From positions 1 through 51,190 of the forward strand of contig JAQWBK010000001.1 in NCBI GenBank assembly GCA_028706415.1: a DNA stretch of 51,190 nucleotides. The letters run 5' to 3'. Shown here piece by piece: positions 1 to 9,265 of the stretch. Origin of the DNA: Oscillospiraceae bacterium (lineage in GTDB: Bacteria > Bacillota > Clostridia > Oscillospirales > Acutalibacteraceae). A program made the translations under genes and the position numbers. Under the pieces are notes generated by a model, which saw nothing but the letters and a program-made list of their open reading frames with translations, made no database searches and had not been told where the DNA came from. How positions within the stretch are numbered: position 1 is the first letter of the stretch; each line of letters starts with the position of its first letter.

Positions 1-1308
1 GCCCTGTGCGTGGGGGCTGAGCTGATAGGTAATACCCTTTCGATGATGAACAGCCTGGACGGTGAGCTGCAGTTTTCAAATCGCGCCGATTATGTCAGCT
101 TTATGAATAAGGGAGAGGATATTCGGGCGGCACTCAAACAGGTGGAGGGTGAGGAAGGATCATTCTATCGGGTGGAAAACACTAATGCACGCAATGCAAA
201 TGACGGCATGTCGGTTGGGTATCATTCATTGAGCCACTACTCCTCGTTTTCCCATCGTGACACCTTTGAGTTTTTAAACAACTGCGGGATTATGTGTCTT
301 TCCGACTATAAAATATTCAGATATTACGGCTCAACAACCCCATTGGATGCTGTTTTGGGGGTCAAATATGTATTCAGCCAATCCGAACGCCGAGCCGGCT
401 ATATTCCAACCGTAATTAGTGCGGGGGACCTTCCCCTTTGGCGAAATCAATATGCCCTGCCCCTTGCATTCTTTGCAGACAAGGATATTCTAAAATTAGA
501 AAGCGAGCCTGCCAAGCCCTTTAAAACGCTGAACAGCTTTTTATCCGCCTTGGGGGGGGAACCCAAAAGCTACTACTCTCCCTTGGAGATTACAACATAT
601 TTTGACGGAAAAGAGATTGATGTAACCGGGGAGAATTATTGTATTGAGCGATCGGCGGAGCTGTCATTTTCAATTAATAATCCCCGAAGGCAGCATGTTT
701 TGCTTTATTTTAATAGCAATTTTAATGAATTCAGCCCGGTTTATCTAAACGGTCGGCTGCTTAACACTTCGGGTGAACGGCTTGTCAGGGGGGTAATCGA
801 GCTTGGGGAACTTGACCCGGGTGAGGCGGTTGTATCTGTTTCGGTTCCCGAAGGCAAACACCGGATTTCCAATGTAAGCGCCGCCGCTTTTGAGTATTAT
901 GAATTCTCTGAGCTAGCATTTTGGCTTGCCCAACACTCCCCGGATGAACTGACGGTATCCCAAGACGGATGGGGTCAACCGCTGGTAAGCGGGCGGTTTA
1001 TAGCCCCGAGAGAGGGGGCATTATTCACATCGGTTCCGCAGGACAGAGGCTGGTCGGCGCACATTGACGGTAAGCCGGTAAAGACGATGGCCGTAGGCGG
1101 GGCATTTGTTGCGGTTCCGGTTACCGCCGGTGAACATTCATTTTCCCTGCGTTTTAAAGTTCCCGGCCTGACCGCCGGAATTGGTATCTCAGTGATCACG
1201 ACAATATTAAGTATAATCCTGATACTAATTTCGATTATAAAACTTCCAACAAATCAAGCAAAAAGGTTTAATACTGCTCTCATTATATCTATACAAAAAA
1301 GGGGCTGA
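1..1308 (+). CDS. YfhO-family polytopic membrane protein, C-terminal portion (5' end lies outside the window)
   Basis: Frame 1 is open from base 1 to the TGA at 1306-1308 (track ORF 10..1308). A long soluble region is followed by a terminal hydrophobic helix (GIGISVITTILSIILILISII). The family call rests on remembered YfhO-like sequence patterns, not a search. Confidence 0.6.
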   Translation, partial: ALCVGAELIGNTLSMMNSLDGELQFSNRADYVSFMNKGEDIRAALKQVEGEEGSFYRVENTNARNANDGMSVGYHSLSHYSSFSHRDTFEFLNNCGIMCLSDYKIFRYYGSTTPLDAVLGVKYVFSQSERRAGYIPTVISAGDLPLWRNQYALPLAFFADKDILKLESEPAKPFKTLNSFLSALGGEPKSYYSPLEITTYFDGKEIDVTGENYCIERSAELSFSINNPRRQHVLLYFNSNFNEFSPVYLNGRLLNTSGERLVRGVIELGELDPGEAVVSVSVPEGKHRISNVSAAAFEYYEFSELAFWLAQHSPDELTVSQDGWGQPLVSGRFIAPREGALFTSVPQDRGWSAHIDGKPVKTMAVGGAFVAVPVTAGEHSFSLRFKVPGLTAGIGISVITTILSIILILISIIKLPTNQAKRFNTALIISIQKRG

Positions 1309-1330
1309 TTTATGCGTCAGCCCCTTTATA
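1301..1330 (+). terminator. Candidate intrinsic terminator after the YfhO-like gene
   Basis: An 8-bp stem GGGGCTGA (1301-1308) / TCAGCCCC (1317-1324) overlaps the stop codon. It is followed by a short T-rich tail (TTTATA). Confidence 0.45.
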
Positions 1331-1346
1331 CTATTTTATTGTCTCA

Positions 1347-1543
1347 TACTGTTCTCAAGTAAAAGGTGAGACAAAATTTGCGAGGATGTTTTTCGTCATG
1401 CAAGGCGGAGGAGGAGAGCGGGCTGACGCCCGCCGACGACAACAACGCTGTATGTCGGAAAACAGACCGCAAAGATGTCTTGATTTTTACTTGAGAGCAG
1501 TATTAACCCCCCTCGGCTTTCAGCCGAGGGGGGTTGAGTTGTG
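1347..1543 (+). repeat. Copy A of a long imperfect-palindrome intergenic repeat family
   Basis: Outer arms TACTGTTCTCAAGTAAAA (1347-1364) and TTTTACTTGAGAGCAGTA (1485-1502) are complementary with 1 mismatch. Inner arms 1387-1401 / 1450-1464 pair at 14 of 15 positions, two of them G:T. The centre is CGGGCTGACGCCCG. The 3' module CCCCCCTCGGCT-TTCA-GCCGAGGGGGGTTGAGTTGT recurs in reverse orientation beside copy C. Confidence 0.8.
1507..1533. terminator. GC-rich hairpin between the convergent YfhO-like and HtrA genes (part of repeat copy A)
   Basis: Stem CCCCCCTCGGC (1507-1517) / GCCGAGGGGGG (1523-1533) of 11 bp. It sits 13 nt beyond the htrA stop on the minus strand. The U-tracts are weak on both strands. 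Confidence 0.5.
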
Positions 1544-1545
1544 GG

Positions 1546-3207
1546 TTATTCGCTGTACTCGGTGAGCTTGCAGCTAATGGTGTAATTGCTCTTCTTGCCG
1601 CTTCTGGGATCAACCCTCATCAGGGTCAGTGTTACCCTGTCCCCCACCTTGTGCTTAGACATCTCGTTGCGCAGAGTAATCCCGCTGTCCACCACAACAT
1701 TATCAATTTTCGTGATAATATCGCCGACCTCAACCTTTGTTCCACTCAAGGGCGAATTATCATTTATGCTTTGAATTTGGAAGCCCTCATAGCCGGGTTG
1801 GGTAATATCCAGCCCCGTAACTCCCAGCATCACGCGGTTTTTGACATAGCCGTATTTTATCAGGTCATTAACAATTGACTCCGCCTCTTTTATGGGAATA
1901 GAAAAGCCCAATCCTTCATATCCCTCGGCAGCTATCTTTGCAGAATTTATTCCTACCACCTGACCTTGCGAATTGAGCAGTGGGCCGCCCGAATTGCCCG
2001 GATTAATGGCGGCATCAATCTGAAGACATTTGATGGAATAACCGGTATCCTCATAAACATCCCGCGCCAATCCCGATACTATGCCTTGGGTGGTAGTCCA
2101 TGCAAGACCGCCCGCATTGCCTATTGCCACTATCTTATCGCCGAGTTTAAGGGCGGAGGAGTCGCCGAACTTGGCCGGTTCCAGCTTGACGGCACTTACC
2201 TTGATAACCGCAAGGTCGGTATCCCTATCGGCACCCACAACCTCTGCATCCTTATAAACGGTGCCGTCGTATGTCTTAACATCAACATGCTCATAGGGTT
2301 GGCCGTTATCCTTAGAAACAACATGCATGTTTGTGATGATATAGCCGTCCTCGCTCATTATAATGCCCGAGGCGGCACCTACCTCTTGTACCTGATGGCT
2401 ACCGCCAAACCCATAGGTGTTCACACGGTCATAAATTGTAATAACAACGGTGGAATGCAGGTTCATCTGCACAATCGAGCTGGTACTTAACCCCTGAGCA
2501 TCCGCGTCATTTTCGGCTATCTCAAGGTTGGGTGCATTTGAATTAACCTTGCCTGAGGTCGAGCTTGCATTATTATTTGAACCATTTTGTTTATTAATGT
2601 TGTTTTTGCTGAAGGCCATTGCAAGGAGCACCGACAGGGTAATGATTGCGGTGGCACATGTAACGCTCAGTATGGCAATGGCAATAGTTGCTCCCTTTTT
2701 CTTCTTGGGCGGCTTTGGGGGCGGGGGGGTATTGCCTGAGGGCTGCTGAGGGGGTGGGCTCTGCCAGCCATACTGATTATATCCTCCCTGAGGATTATAA
2801 CCGTTATTGTTGTACTGCTGCTGTTGAGAATATTGGGGAGAATAATCGTTTGTGTTGTTGGGCACCGGATTTTGTGCGTTTACGCCGTAATGGTAGGAGG
2901 TTTGCTCGACCGGACCGGTAGCCTGGGAGCCGCCTGCTTGGTTTGGAAAATTCCAAGAGGGGACGGCATTGTTTGGCTCCTGATTACCGCTTGCCTGGTT
3001 TGGTTGGTTCCAAGTCGGCGTAACCGGAGGGGTTACAGGGGGAGTTGATGCCCATTCCTCATTTTTGGGTTGAGCTTCCTGTTCGTTTGGGGTGGAAAAC
3101 TCGGTATCTAAGTTTGACCCATCGGGTTTTTCCTCCGGGGCGTTAACTTCCGGTTTATCCTCTTGGCTACTTGGGGCATTATTGTTTTCATCAAACCAAT
3201 CTGTCAT
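1546..3207 (-). CDS. htrA: HtrA/DegP-type S1C serine protease with one PDZ domain, a single TM anchor and a ~170-aa P/Q/N-rich N-terminal tail
   Basis: Catalytic-triad contexts are present: ITNMHVV (His), DLAVIKV (Asp), GNSGGPL (Ser). The C-terminal part is PDZ-like (GVTGLDIT...GDIITKID). A TM helix follows a KKKK stop-transfer sequence (ATIAIAILSVTCATAIITLSVLLAMAF). Confidence 0.9.
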   Translation of the reverse strand: MTDWFDENNNAPSSQEDKPEVNAPEEKPDGSNLDTEFSTPNEQEAQPKNEEWASTPPVTPPVTPTWNQPNQASGNQEPNNAVPSWNFPNQAGGSQATGPVEQTSYHYGVNAQNPVPNNTNDYSPQYSQQQQYNNNGYNPQGGYNQYGWQSPPPQQPSGNTPPPPKPPKKKKGATIAIAILSVTCATAIITLSVLLAMAFSKNNINKQNGSNNNASSTSGKVNSNAPNLEIAENDADAQGLSTSSIVQMNLHSTVVITIYDRVNTYGFGGSHQVQEVGAASGIIMSEDGYIITNMHVVSKDNGQPYEHVDVKTYDGTVYKDAEVVGADRDTDLAVIKVSAVKLEPAKFGDSSALKLGDKIVAIGNAGGLAWTTTQGIVSGLARDVYEDTGYSIKCLQIDAAINPGNSGGPLLNSQGQVVGINSAKIAAEGYEGLGFSIPIKEAESIVNDLIKYGYVKNRVMLGVTGLDITQPGYEGFQIQSINDNSPLSGTKVEVGDIITKIDNVVVDSGITLRNEMSKHKVGDRVTLTLMRVDPRSGKKSNYTISCKLTEYSE

Positions 3208-3337
3208 ATCGGCTTCAATCCTTTCGAATATAATTCACATAAAAAAACTCCACCGGCGTAAATAGGCTTTGGCATTGTCTTTATTCTAACCCATTTTTGT
3301 GTACAATTCTTGAAGAAATTAATAATCAATTTTAAAA

Positions 3338-4777
3338 TTACTTAGAAGTGGACGAACTTGACAGCCAAAACTCGAATTCGCAATACTCATTTTGGACAGA
3401 GCGGACCTTTATCTCGCCATGATGAAGATTAATAATAGTTTTAACTATATACAGCCCCAAGCCCATTCCTGCCTTATCCAGACTGCGCGACGGGTCACTT
3501 TTATAAAACCGTTCAAAAATATGGGGCATTTCATGTGAAGGTATCCCCTCACCGGTGTTGCGGATGTTAAAGTAAACCCTTTTATCCCTATGCGAAATAT
3601 TAAGGGTAAGGGTACCACCCTCATTTATAAATTTTATCGCATTGTCAATCAGATTATACACAACCTGACCGATAAGATCGAAATCGGCAAGCACCTCTGC
3701 ACGTGCGCACTCCTCCAGCCCTGTAACCTGAATGTTTTTACCCTCAATGCGCTGCTCAAATGTCAAAAGGATGTTACACACCTGATCGGTCAGGTCATAA
3801 TATACCGGCTTGATATTAAGCTCTCCGTTATCAATTCGTGACAGATCAAGCATGGATTTCACCAGACGAGATAACCGCTTGACTTCATGGGTAACAATCC
3901 TGAGGTAATAGTTCCTTTTCTCCTCGGGTATGGTGCCGTCAAGAATGCCGTCAATAAATCCGGCTATGGTGGTCATGGGAGTTTTCAGTTCGTGTGATAC
4001 ATTGGCAATAAAGCTGCGGCGCATACCCTCGACCGAGGATAGAGATACCGCCATATTATTCAGTGAGGAGGCAAGCTCGGCCACCTCGTCCTGTCCGTTA
4101 ACCGGAATTCGACTGCTGAAATCTCCCGCTCCGAACCTGCGGGCTGCGGCTGCCATCTGGCGCAGCGGCCGAACCATGCGGAATGTCATAAGATATAAGG
4201 CTATAAAGGTCAGAGTCATAACCCCAAGCGCCGACAGAAAAAACACCTGAAGATTATTCATAAGATAAACGTTTAACCCCTGCGCCGATGTGGATGCAAA
4301 AACATATCCCAGCTGGAGCCGGTTGTTGTTCAGGGTTATGGGCTCACCCACCGTATAATGCCGGCTTGTGTAAACTCCGTCCAGCAGACCTACCTCGAAA
4401 AAATTGCCCTCTTCAATCTTCTTTATCAGCCCGGATGAAAGGGTAACATCCCCGAGTATGGGCTGGGCATTTTTCGAGCAAAGAATAACCTTGCCGTTGT
4501 TGTCTGTTATATAAATATATGCATCTATGGTCTCGGACATAAGATTTAGGTATGGATAGAGCGCACTTTCAATTATATTGTATGTCCCCATAATATTTGC
4601 AGTATTCTGGGCGGTTATCTGGGCCAAGCTTTGGGTATTTTCCTTAAGCAGCGCCTGCTTGTCAGCCACCCAGTATCTTGTGGAAAACAGCATCTGCATT
4701 CCGCCCATGGCAGCAAAGCTGACGACGATTATTATTGAAAGAACGGTAAAATATTTTGTGAAAATGCTCTTAAACAC
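3338..4777 (-). CDS. Sensor histidine kinase (two TM helices, extracytoplasmic loop, HAMP, HisKA, HATPase)
   Basis: H-box SHELKTPMT and ATPase boxes (DNAIKF, GMGLGLYIVK) are present. A HAMP-like segment follows the second TM helix. I moved the start to the GTG at 4777 because GGAGGTG lies 5 nt upstream. The track ORF extends in frame to 4804. Confidence 0.9.
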   Translation of the reverse strand: MFKSIFTKYFTVLSIIIVVSFAAMGGMQMLFSTRYWVADKQALLKENTQSLAQITAQNTANIMGTYNIIESALYPYLNLMSETIDAYIYITDNNGKVILCSKNAQPILGDVTLSSGLIKKIEEGNFFEVGLLDGVYTSRHYTVGEPITLNNNRLQLGYVFASTSAQGLNVYLMNNLQVFFLSALGVMTLTFIALYLMTFRMVRPLRQMAAAARRFGAGDFSSRIPVNGQDEVAELASSLNNMAVSLSSVEGMRRSFIANVSHELKTPMTTIAGFIDGILDGTIPEEKRNYYLRIVTHEVKRLSRLVKSMLDLSRIDNGELNIKPVYYDLTDQVCNILLTFEQRIEGKNIQVTGLEECARAEVLADFDLIGQVVYNLIDNAIKFINEGGTLTLNISHRDKRVYFNIRNTGEGIPSHEMPHIFERFYKSDPSRSLDKAGMGLGLYIVKTIINLHHGEIKVRSVQNEYCEFEFWLSSSSTSK

Positions 4778-4859
4778 GCCGTCACCTCCGTGGGTACAAA
4801 TCACTTATTATTATCTTGTTTGACTTCGCGAGGCTTTATAATCGAGATTAAGCAGAATA

Positions 4860-5555
4860 CTATTCGCCGTCTTCCTTAACCTCAAACTTATACCCGACCC
4901 CCCACACCGTTTTCAGGGTCCATCTATCCGAAACGCCGTCAAGCTTTTCACGAAGCCGCTTTACATGAACATCAACCGTTCTGCTGTCGCCGTAATATTC
5001 AAAGCCCCAAACCTCATCCAGCAGCTGATCCCTTGTGTATACACGGTTGGGATTGCTGGAGAGATGATAAATAAGCTCCATTTCCTTGGGGGGTGTATCA
5101 ATCTGTTTACCCCGCACCCTAAGCTCATAGTTTTCCATGTTTATATATAGATTATCAAACTGAACTATCTTGGATTTCTGCTTGTTGTCACCGCTGCGGC
5201 GCAAAACCGCTTTAACCCGCGCAATAACCTCTTTGGCCTCAAAGGGCTTGACAACATAATCATCCGCCCCCAGCTCAAGACCCAAAACCTTGTCAAACAC
5301 CTCGCCCTTGGCGGTAAGCATTATGATGGGGCAGGAGGACTTTTTGCGTATCTCCCTGCATACCTGCCAACCGTCGAGAACCGGCATCATGATATCCAGC
5401 AGTATAAGCTCGGGCTTTTCACGCTCAAACATCTCCAGCGCCTGCGAACCGTTTGAGGCAATGCAAACCTCAAAATCTTCCTTTTCCAGATAAAGCCTCA
5501 AAAGCTCACATATGTTGCTGTCATCGTCAACCACCATTATTTTTCCGATAGACAT
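4860..5555 (-). CDS. OmpR/PhoB-family response regulator
   Basis: The receiver domain shows MVVDDD, LLDIMMP and VVKPF. The C-terminal winged helix shows RTVDVHVKRLREKL and GVGYKF. A GGAGG RBS lies upstream of the ATG. Confidence 0.92.
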   Translation of the reverse strand: MSIGKIMVVDDDSNICELLRLYLEKEDFEVCIASNGSQALEMFEREKPELILLDIMMPVLDGWQVCREIRKKSSCPIIMLTAKGEVFDKVLGLELGADDYVVKPFEAKEVIARVKAVLRRSGDNKQKSKIVQFDNLYINMENYELRVRGKQIDTPPKEMELIYHLSSNPNRVYTRDQLLDEVWGFEYYGDSRTVDVHVKRLREKLDGVSDRWTLKTVWGVGYKFEVKEDGE

Positions 5556-5668
5556 TTCCCCAAACCTCCTCTAATCTTTTTATATTAATATTTTAGCAAA
5601 CAAAGCTTAACAGTTATGAACATTATTTAAATGTTTATTGAAAAAAGCATATAAAACTAATCAATATG

Positions 5669-8600
5669 TTATCCGCCAACCCTGTCCATCGCTTTTATCT
5701 CGTGGGTGGCATCAATTACCGTGTTGAGCGAAAACGAATAAAGCAGGCATTCCCGCACAGGCAGTCTCAGGGTTTTCTCCAGTGCCCGTGAATAAATGCG
5801 TAGCTGCTCTTTATATCGCTGTATCAGCATATCCGGCGTTTTTATATAATCGGTCTTATAATCAACCACCGTTAGCCCGCACCTTTCCTCGATTACACAG
5901 TCAGCAATCCCTTGAATAACCAGCATCTCATCCTCCCCGCCTTCCGGATCATCTCCATCCAAAAGCTCGGTTGCCGGAATTTCAATGGTGAAATGCACCT
6001 CACGAAGCAGGCGGTCGGCATTCTCCATCCTTGTATATAAATCGTTTTTAAAAAACCGTTTAACCCTATCAATCGGAATGGCCTCCCCCTGTTCGGGAGT
6101 AAGAAATCCTTGGTTTATCAGCCTGTCGACCTCGGTCTCGGCATTTTGGGCCGCCGCCTTATATTTTGCAAACTGCATGAAGGAATGAAGTGCCGTTCCC
6201 CGTTCGGCAGGTGTCAGCCCGCCCTGACTTAAAAATGCCGGACGGCCGACCGCCACATTTTCTCGCCGCACCTCTCCATGTGAAAGCTCGGATGCTGCAA
6301 GCTTGGCCGGCAATGCACTGAATTTGGAGTACGGATAGCTGTACTCCATCCTCCGCTCAATCTCGGATATAAATTCGCCATCCGGCTGTTCTCCCTGCTC
6401 TAAAGCCGCCTCGTTTTCTTGGGGGGGAGGGGAACGAAGAACCTCGATTTTCCAATCAAACTCCGCCGGTTTAACAGGAATGCCGTCGTCACCCGCCAAC
6501 CCCCGAAGATGGCCACCCGAGGGATGCCTAAGTGCCGCCGACAGCACCCAATCCCCTATCCCCGACCCACCCAGAACGGCATGGGGGGGCAGAGCATCAC
6601 TGTTCCCTATTAAGGCGGCTAAAGCCCCAAGTTTTTTTTCAGGGGAACCGACCGTCATCACCATACACAGCTTTTCTTTTGCCCTTGTCATTGCAACATA
6701 AAGCACACGAATTTCCTCGGCCCGCTCGCTGCGGGTCATGGTAAGGGATACCGCCAGGCGCGGAAGGGTGTTCCACTGGGTAAGGGTCTGGGAATCCCGC
6801 CGTTTGAACCCAACCCCCATTTCGGCGTGCAGCAACAGGTTGGCGTTTGAAGATTCACGATTAAACTGCCGCCCCAATCCGGCAAGAAGCACAATGGGGA
6901 ATTCCAATCCTTTGGAATTATGTATGCTTATTATGCGAACGGCATCCTCGGCTCCAACCGACGAAACGGCGGATATCTCTCCCTTTTGCCGCTCTACCCT
7001 GTCCAGAAACCTGACAAAAGCAGACAATCCCCTGAAGCCCTTTCGCTCGAACCGCCGTGCAGTTTCGTGAAGCATCCGGAGATTAGCCACCCTCTGAGAA
7101 CCGTGGCTCATGGCGGCGGCTACCGACGGTAGTGAGGCATCCTCATAAACTCTGTGTATCAGCCGGTCGGCGGGCAGGGTTACCGCCAGCACCCGCCAAT
7201 CGTCCACCCGCTTAAGGAACGCCGTAAGTCTGGTCCGGAGCTCGGCATTCTCACCTTTTTTTGAATATCTTCTCAGGGCGGTGAACAGCCGTCCTTCCCG
7301 ACAATTTAATCTTATGCAGGTGAGATCATCCGGGGTAAATCCGAATGCGGCAGATAAAAGCACCGACAAAAGGGGAACATCCTGAACCGGATTATCAATC
7401 ACACGAAGCAGTGATACAGCCACAGCCACCTCGGGGGCGGTGAATAATCCGCCCGAGGATGAGGTCCAGACCGGAATTCCGCAGCGGGTCAATTCATCGG
7501 CATAACCCTGGGCGTGGGCAGTCTTGCTTCGCAGAAGAATGCAGATATCCCCGTAACGCGCCCCTCTTTTCTCCCCGTTTTCGGTGACCTGAAAGTTCGA
7601 CATTATTTCATGGATTTTGGCGGCAATAACCCGCGCCTCGGCCGAGTCGCTGTCCTGGGTCTTGTCTCGGGTTGCCCCGTCAATAATCAAAAGCTCGGTA
7701 TCGCATCCATCCTGAGGCGAATATTCGGCGGCGGCTATTAATTCCTCCCGCCGGTCATAATCCATGCCGCAGATGCTTTTGGTCATAAGCTGCCTAAACA
7801 TAAAATTAACGGTATCGGTTATTTGGGGACGACTTCGGAAATTATGACCCAGCGTTATCGAGGCGGGGAATCCTTTGCCGTCAAAGGGCGGATAGCTGTC
7901 CCGTCGGGCAAGAAAAATTTCGGGCATGGCCTGACGGAAACCGTAAATGCTCTGCTTGACATCCCCCACCATAAACAGGTTCTTCTCATCCCGCGACAAT
8001 GCCCTGAAAAGGGCATCCTGGGCTGCATTTGTATCCTGATACTCGTCCACCATCACCTCATCATACCGCTGGGAAAGCTCATGCGCAAGGGGTGTTTTTG
8101 TGCCGTCTTGATTAACCAGTAATTCAAGCGACATATGTTCAAGATCGTTATAATCCACCAACCCTCGGGCCTTTTTCATTTCGCTAAACCGAACCGAAAA
8201 CCGCCGTACAGCATCAAACAGCACCTCTGCTTGTCCTGCCATTTCACGGATATCATCGCGGCATTCCTCTTGGCTGCCACAGAATAGGGCGGGCAGTTTT
8301 TTGGTGGCTTCGTCCTTGGCTTTATTCCGCAGGGCCTGAACCCTCTCCTTGCGGCTTTCATCCGGATATTTCCTGAGCTGAGGCAGGTTGCCGAAGGTCA
8401 GCCCCCCTACCGAAGCCCTTGCCATATCCCATGTCATTTCCGGTATGCTCAGGGCAGCCGATTCCAACATGTCACAATCCCGCTTTAGGGTTTGCGAGTA
8501 TCTTTCTGCCATGGTGGGATCCTCATCAGACAGGGAAACCGCCCTTGAAATAAGGGAGGCCGCCCCTTTTAGTATATCCCCCGCCCTATCCAGCACCGCC

Positions 8601-9238
8601 TTGCCCCAGGGGGTTTGCTCCAAGGGCAGGTCGGTGGTGTATTCGGCAAGCTTTTCTTCCAGCCATTTTTCAGGAAACGGATGGGATTGAACAAAGGAGT
8701 AAATTTTCAAAATCGTATTAAACAAAGGGCCGTCATTCTTGCCCGAACTTAAAAGCGCGGTGATATCACCAAATTCGGTTGAGTCCTCCTTATATAACTC
8801 CTCAACCACCTCCCCCAGTGCATCCTCGGCAAGCTGCATTGACTCTGTATCCTCCGCAATACGAAACTGAGGAGTGAGCCCCAAAAGGTGAAAATGCTCC
8901 CGCAGCAGGGAGGAACAAAAGCCATGCACCGTGCTTATATTGGCACGGGCTAGCATCATCTGCTGCCGTTGCAGCCTAATATCATCCGGATTTTCGCCGG
9001 CTTTTTTGGATAAAGCCCAAGACAGCCGCTGCTTCATCTCGGCGGCAGCCGCCTTGGTGAAGGTAACCACCAACAGACGGTCAATATCAACCGGCGCATG
9101 GTCGTCGGTAACCAACCCGATAACCCGCTCGACCAGCACCGAGGTCTTGCCCGACCCCGCCGCCGCCGATACCAGCAGGGTACCCCCCCGTGCATTTATG
9201 CACTGCAGCTGTTCACTTGTCCATTGCCGTTCCGCCAT
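5669..9238 (-). CDS. addA: ATP-dependent helicase/nuclease subunit A (AddA)
   Basis: UvrD-type motifs are present: Walker A AAAGSGKTSVL and DEYQDTN. The C-terminal RecB-type nuclease motif is GIADCV...VVDYKTD. It lies immediately downstream of addB. ATG 9238 with GAGG upstream is preferred; the track ORF begins at GTG 9253. Confidence 0.93.
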   Translation of the reverse strand: MAERQWTSEQLQCINARGGTLLVSAAAGSGKTSVLVERVIGLVTDDHAPVDIDRLLVVTFTKAAAAEMKQRLSWALSKKAGENPDDIRLQRQQMMLARANISTVHGFCSSLLREHFHLLGLTPQFRIAEDTESMQLAEDALGEVVEELYKEDSTEFGDITALLSSGKNDGPLFNTILKIYSFVQSHPFPEKWLEEKLAEYTTDLPLEQTPWGKAVLDRAGDILKGAASLISRAVSLSDEDPTMAERYSQTLKRDCDMLESAALSIPEMTWDMARASVGGLTFGNLPQLRKYPDESRKERVQALRNKAKDEATKKLPALFCGSQEECRDDIREMAGQAEVLFDAVRRFSVRFSEMKKARGLVDYNDLEHMSLELLVNQDGTKTPLAHELSQRYDEVMVDEYQDTNAAQDALFRALSRDEKNLFMVGDVKQSIYGFRQAMPEIFLARRDSYPPFDGKGFPASITLGHNFRSRPQITDTVNFMFRQLMTKSICGMDYDRREELIAAAEYSPQDGCDTELLIIDGATRDKTQDSDSAEARVIAAKIHEIMSNFQVTENGEKRGARYGDICILLRSKTAHAQGYADELTRCGIPVWTSSSGGLFTAPEVAVAVSLLRVIDNPVQDVPLLSVLLSAAFGFTPDDLTCIRLNCREGRLFTALRRYSKKGENAELRTRLTAFLKRVDDWRVLAVTLPADRLIHRVYEDASLPSVAAAMSHGSQRVANLRMLHETARRFERKGFRGLSAFVRFLDRVERQKGEISAVSSVGAEDAVRIISIHNSKGLEFPIVLLAGLGRQFNRESSNANLLLHAEMGVGFKRRDSQTLTQWNTLPRLAVSLTMTRSERAEEIRVLYVAMTRAKEKLCMVMTVGSPEKKLGALAALIGNSDALPPHAVLGGSGIGDWVLSAALRHPSGGHLRGLAGDDGIPVKPAEFDWKIEVLRSPPPQENEAALEQGEQPDGEFISEIERRMEYSYPYSKFSALPAKLAASELSHGEVRRENVAVGRPAFLSQGGLTPAERGTALHSFMQFAKYKAAAQNAETEVDRLINQGFLTPEQGEAIPIDRVKRFFKNDLYTRMENADRLLREVHFTIEIPATELLDGDDPEGGEDEMLVIQGIADCVIEERCGLTVVDYKTDYIKTPDMLIQRYKEQLRIYSRALEKTLRLPVRECLLYSFSLNTVIDATHEIKAMDRVGG

Positions 9239-9265
9239 GAATATGTACCTCACATTCGGTTGATC

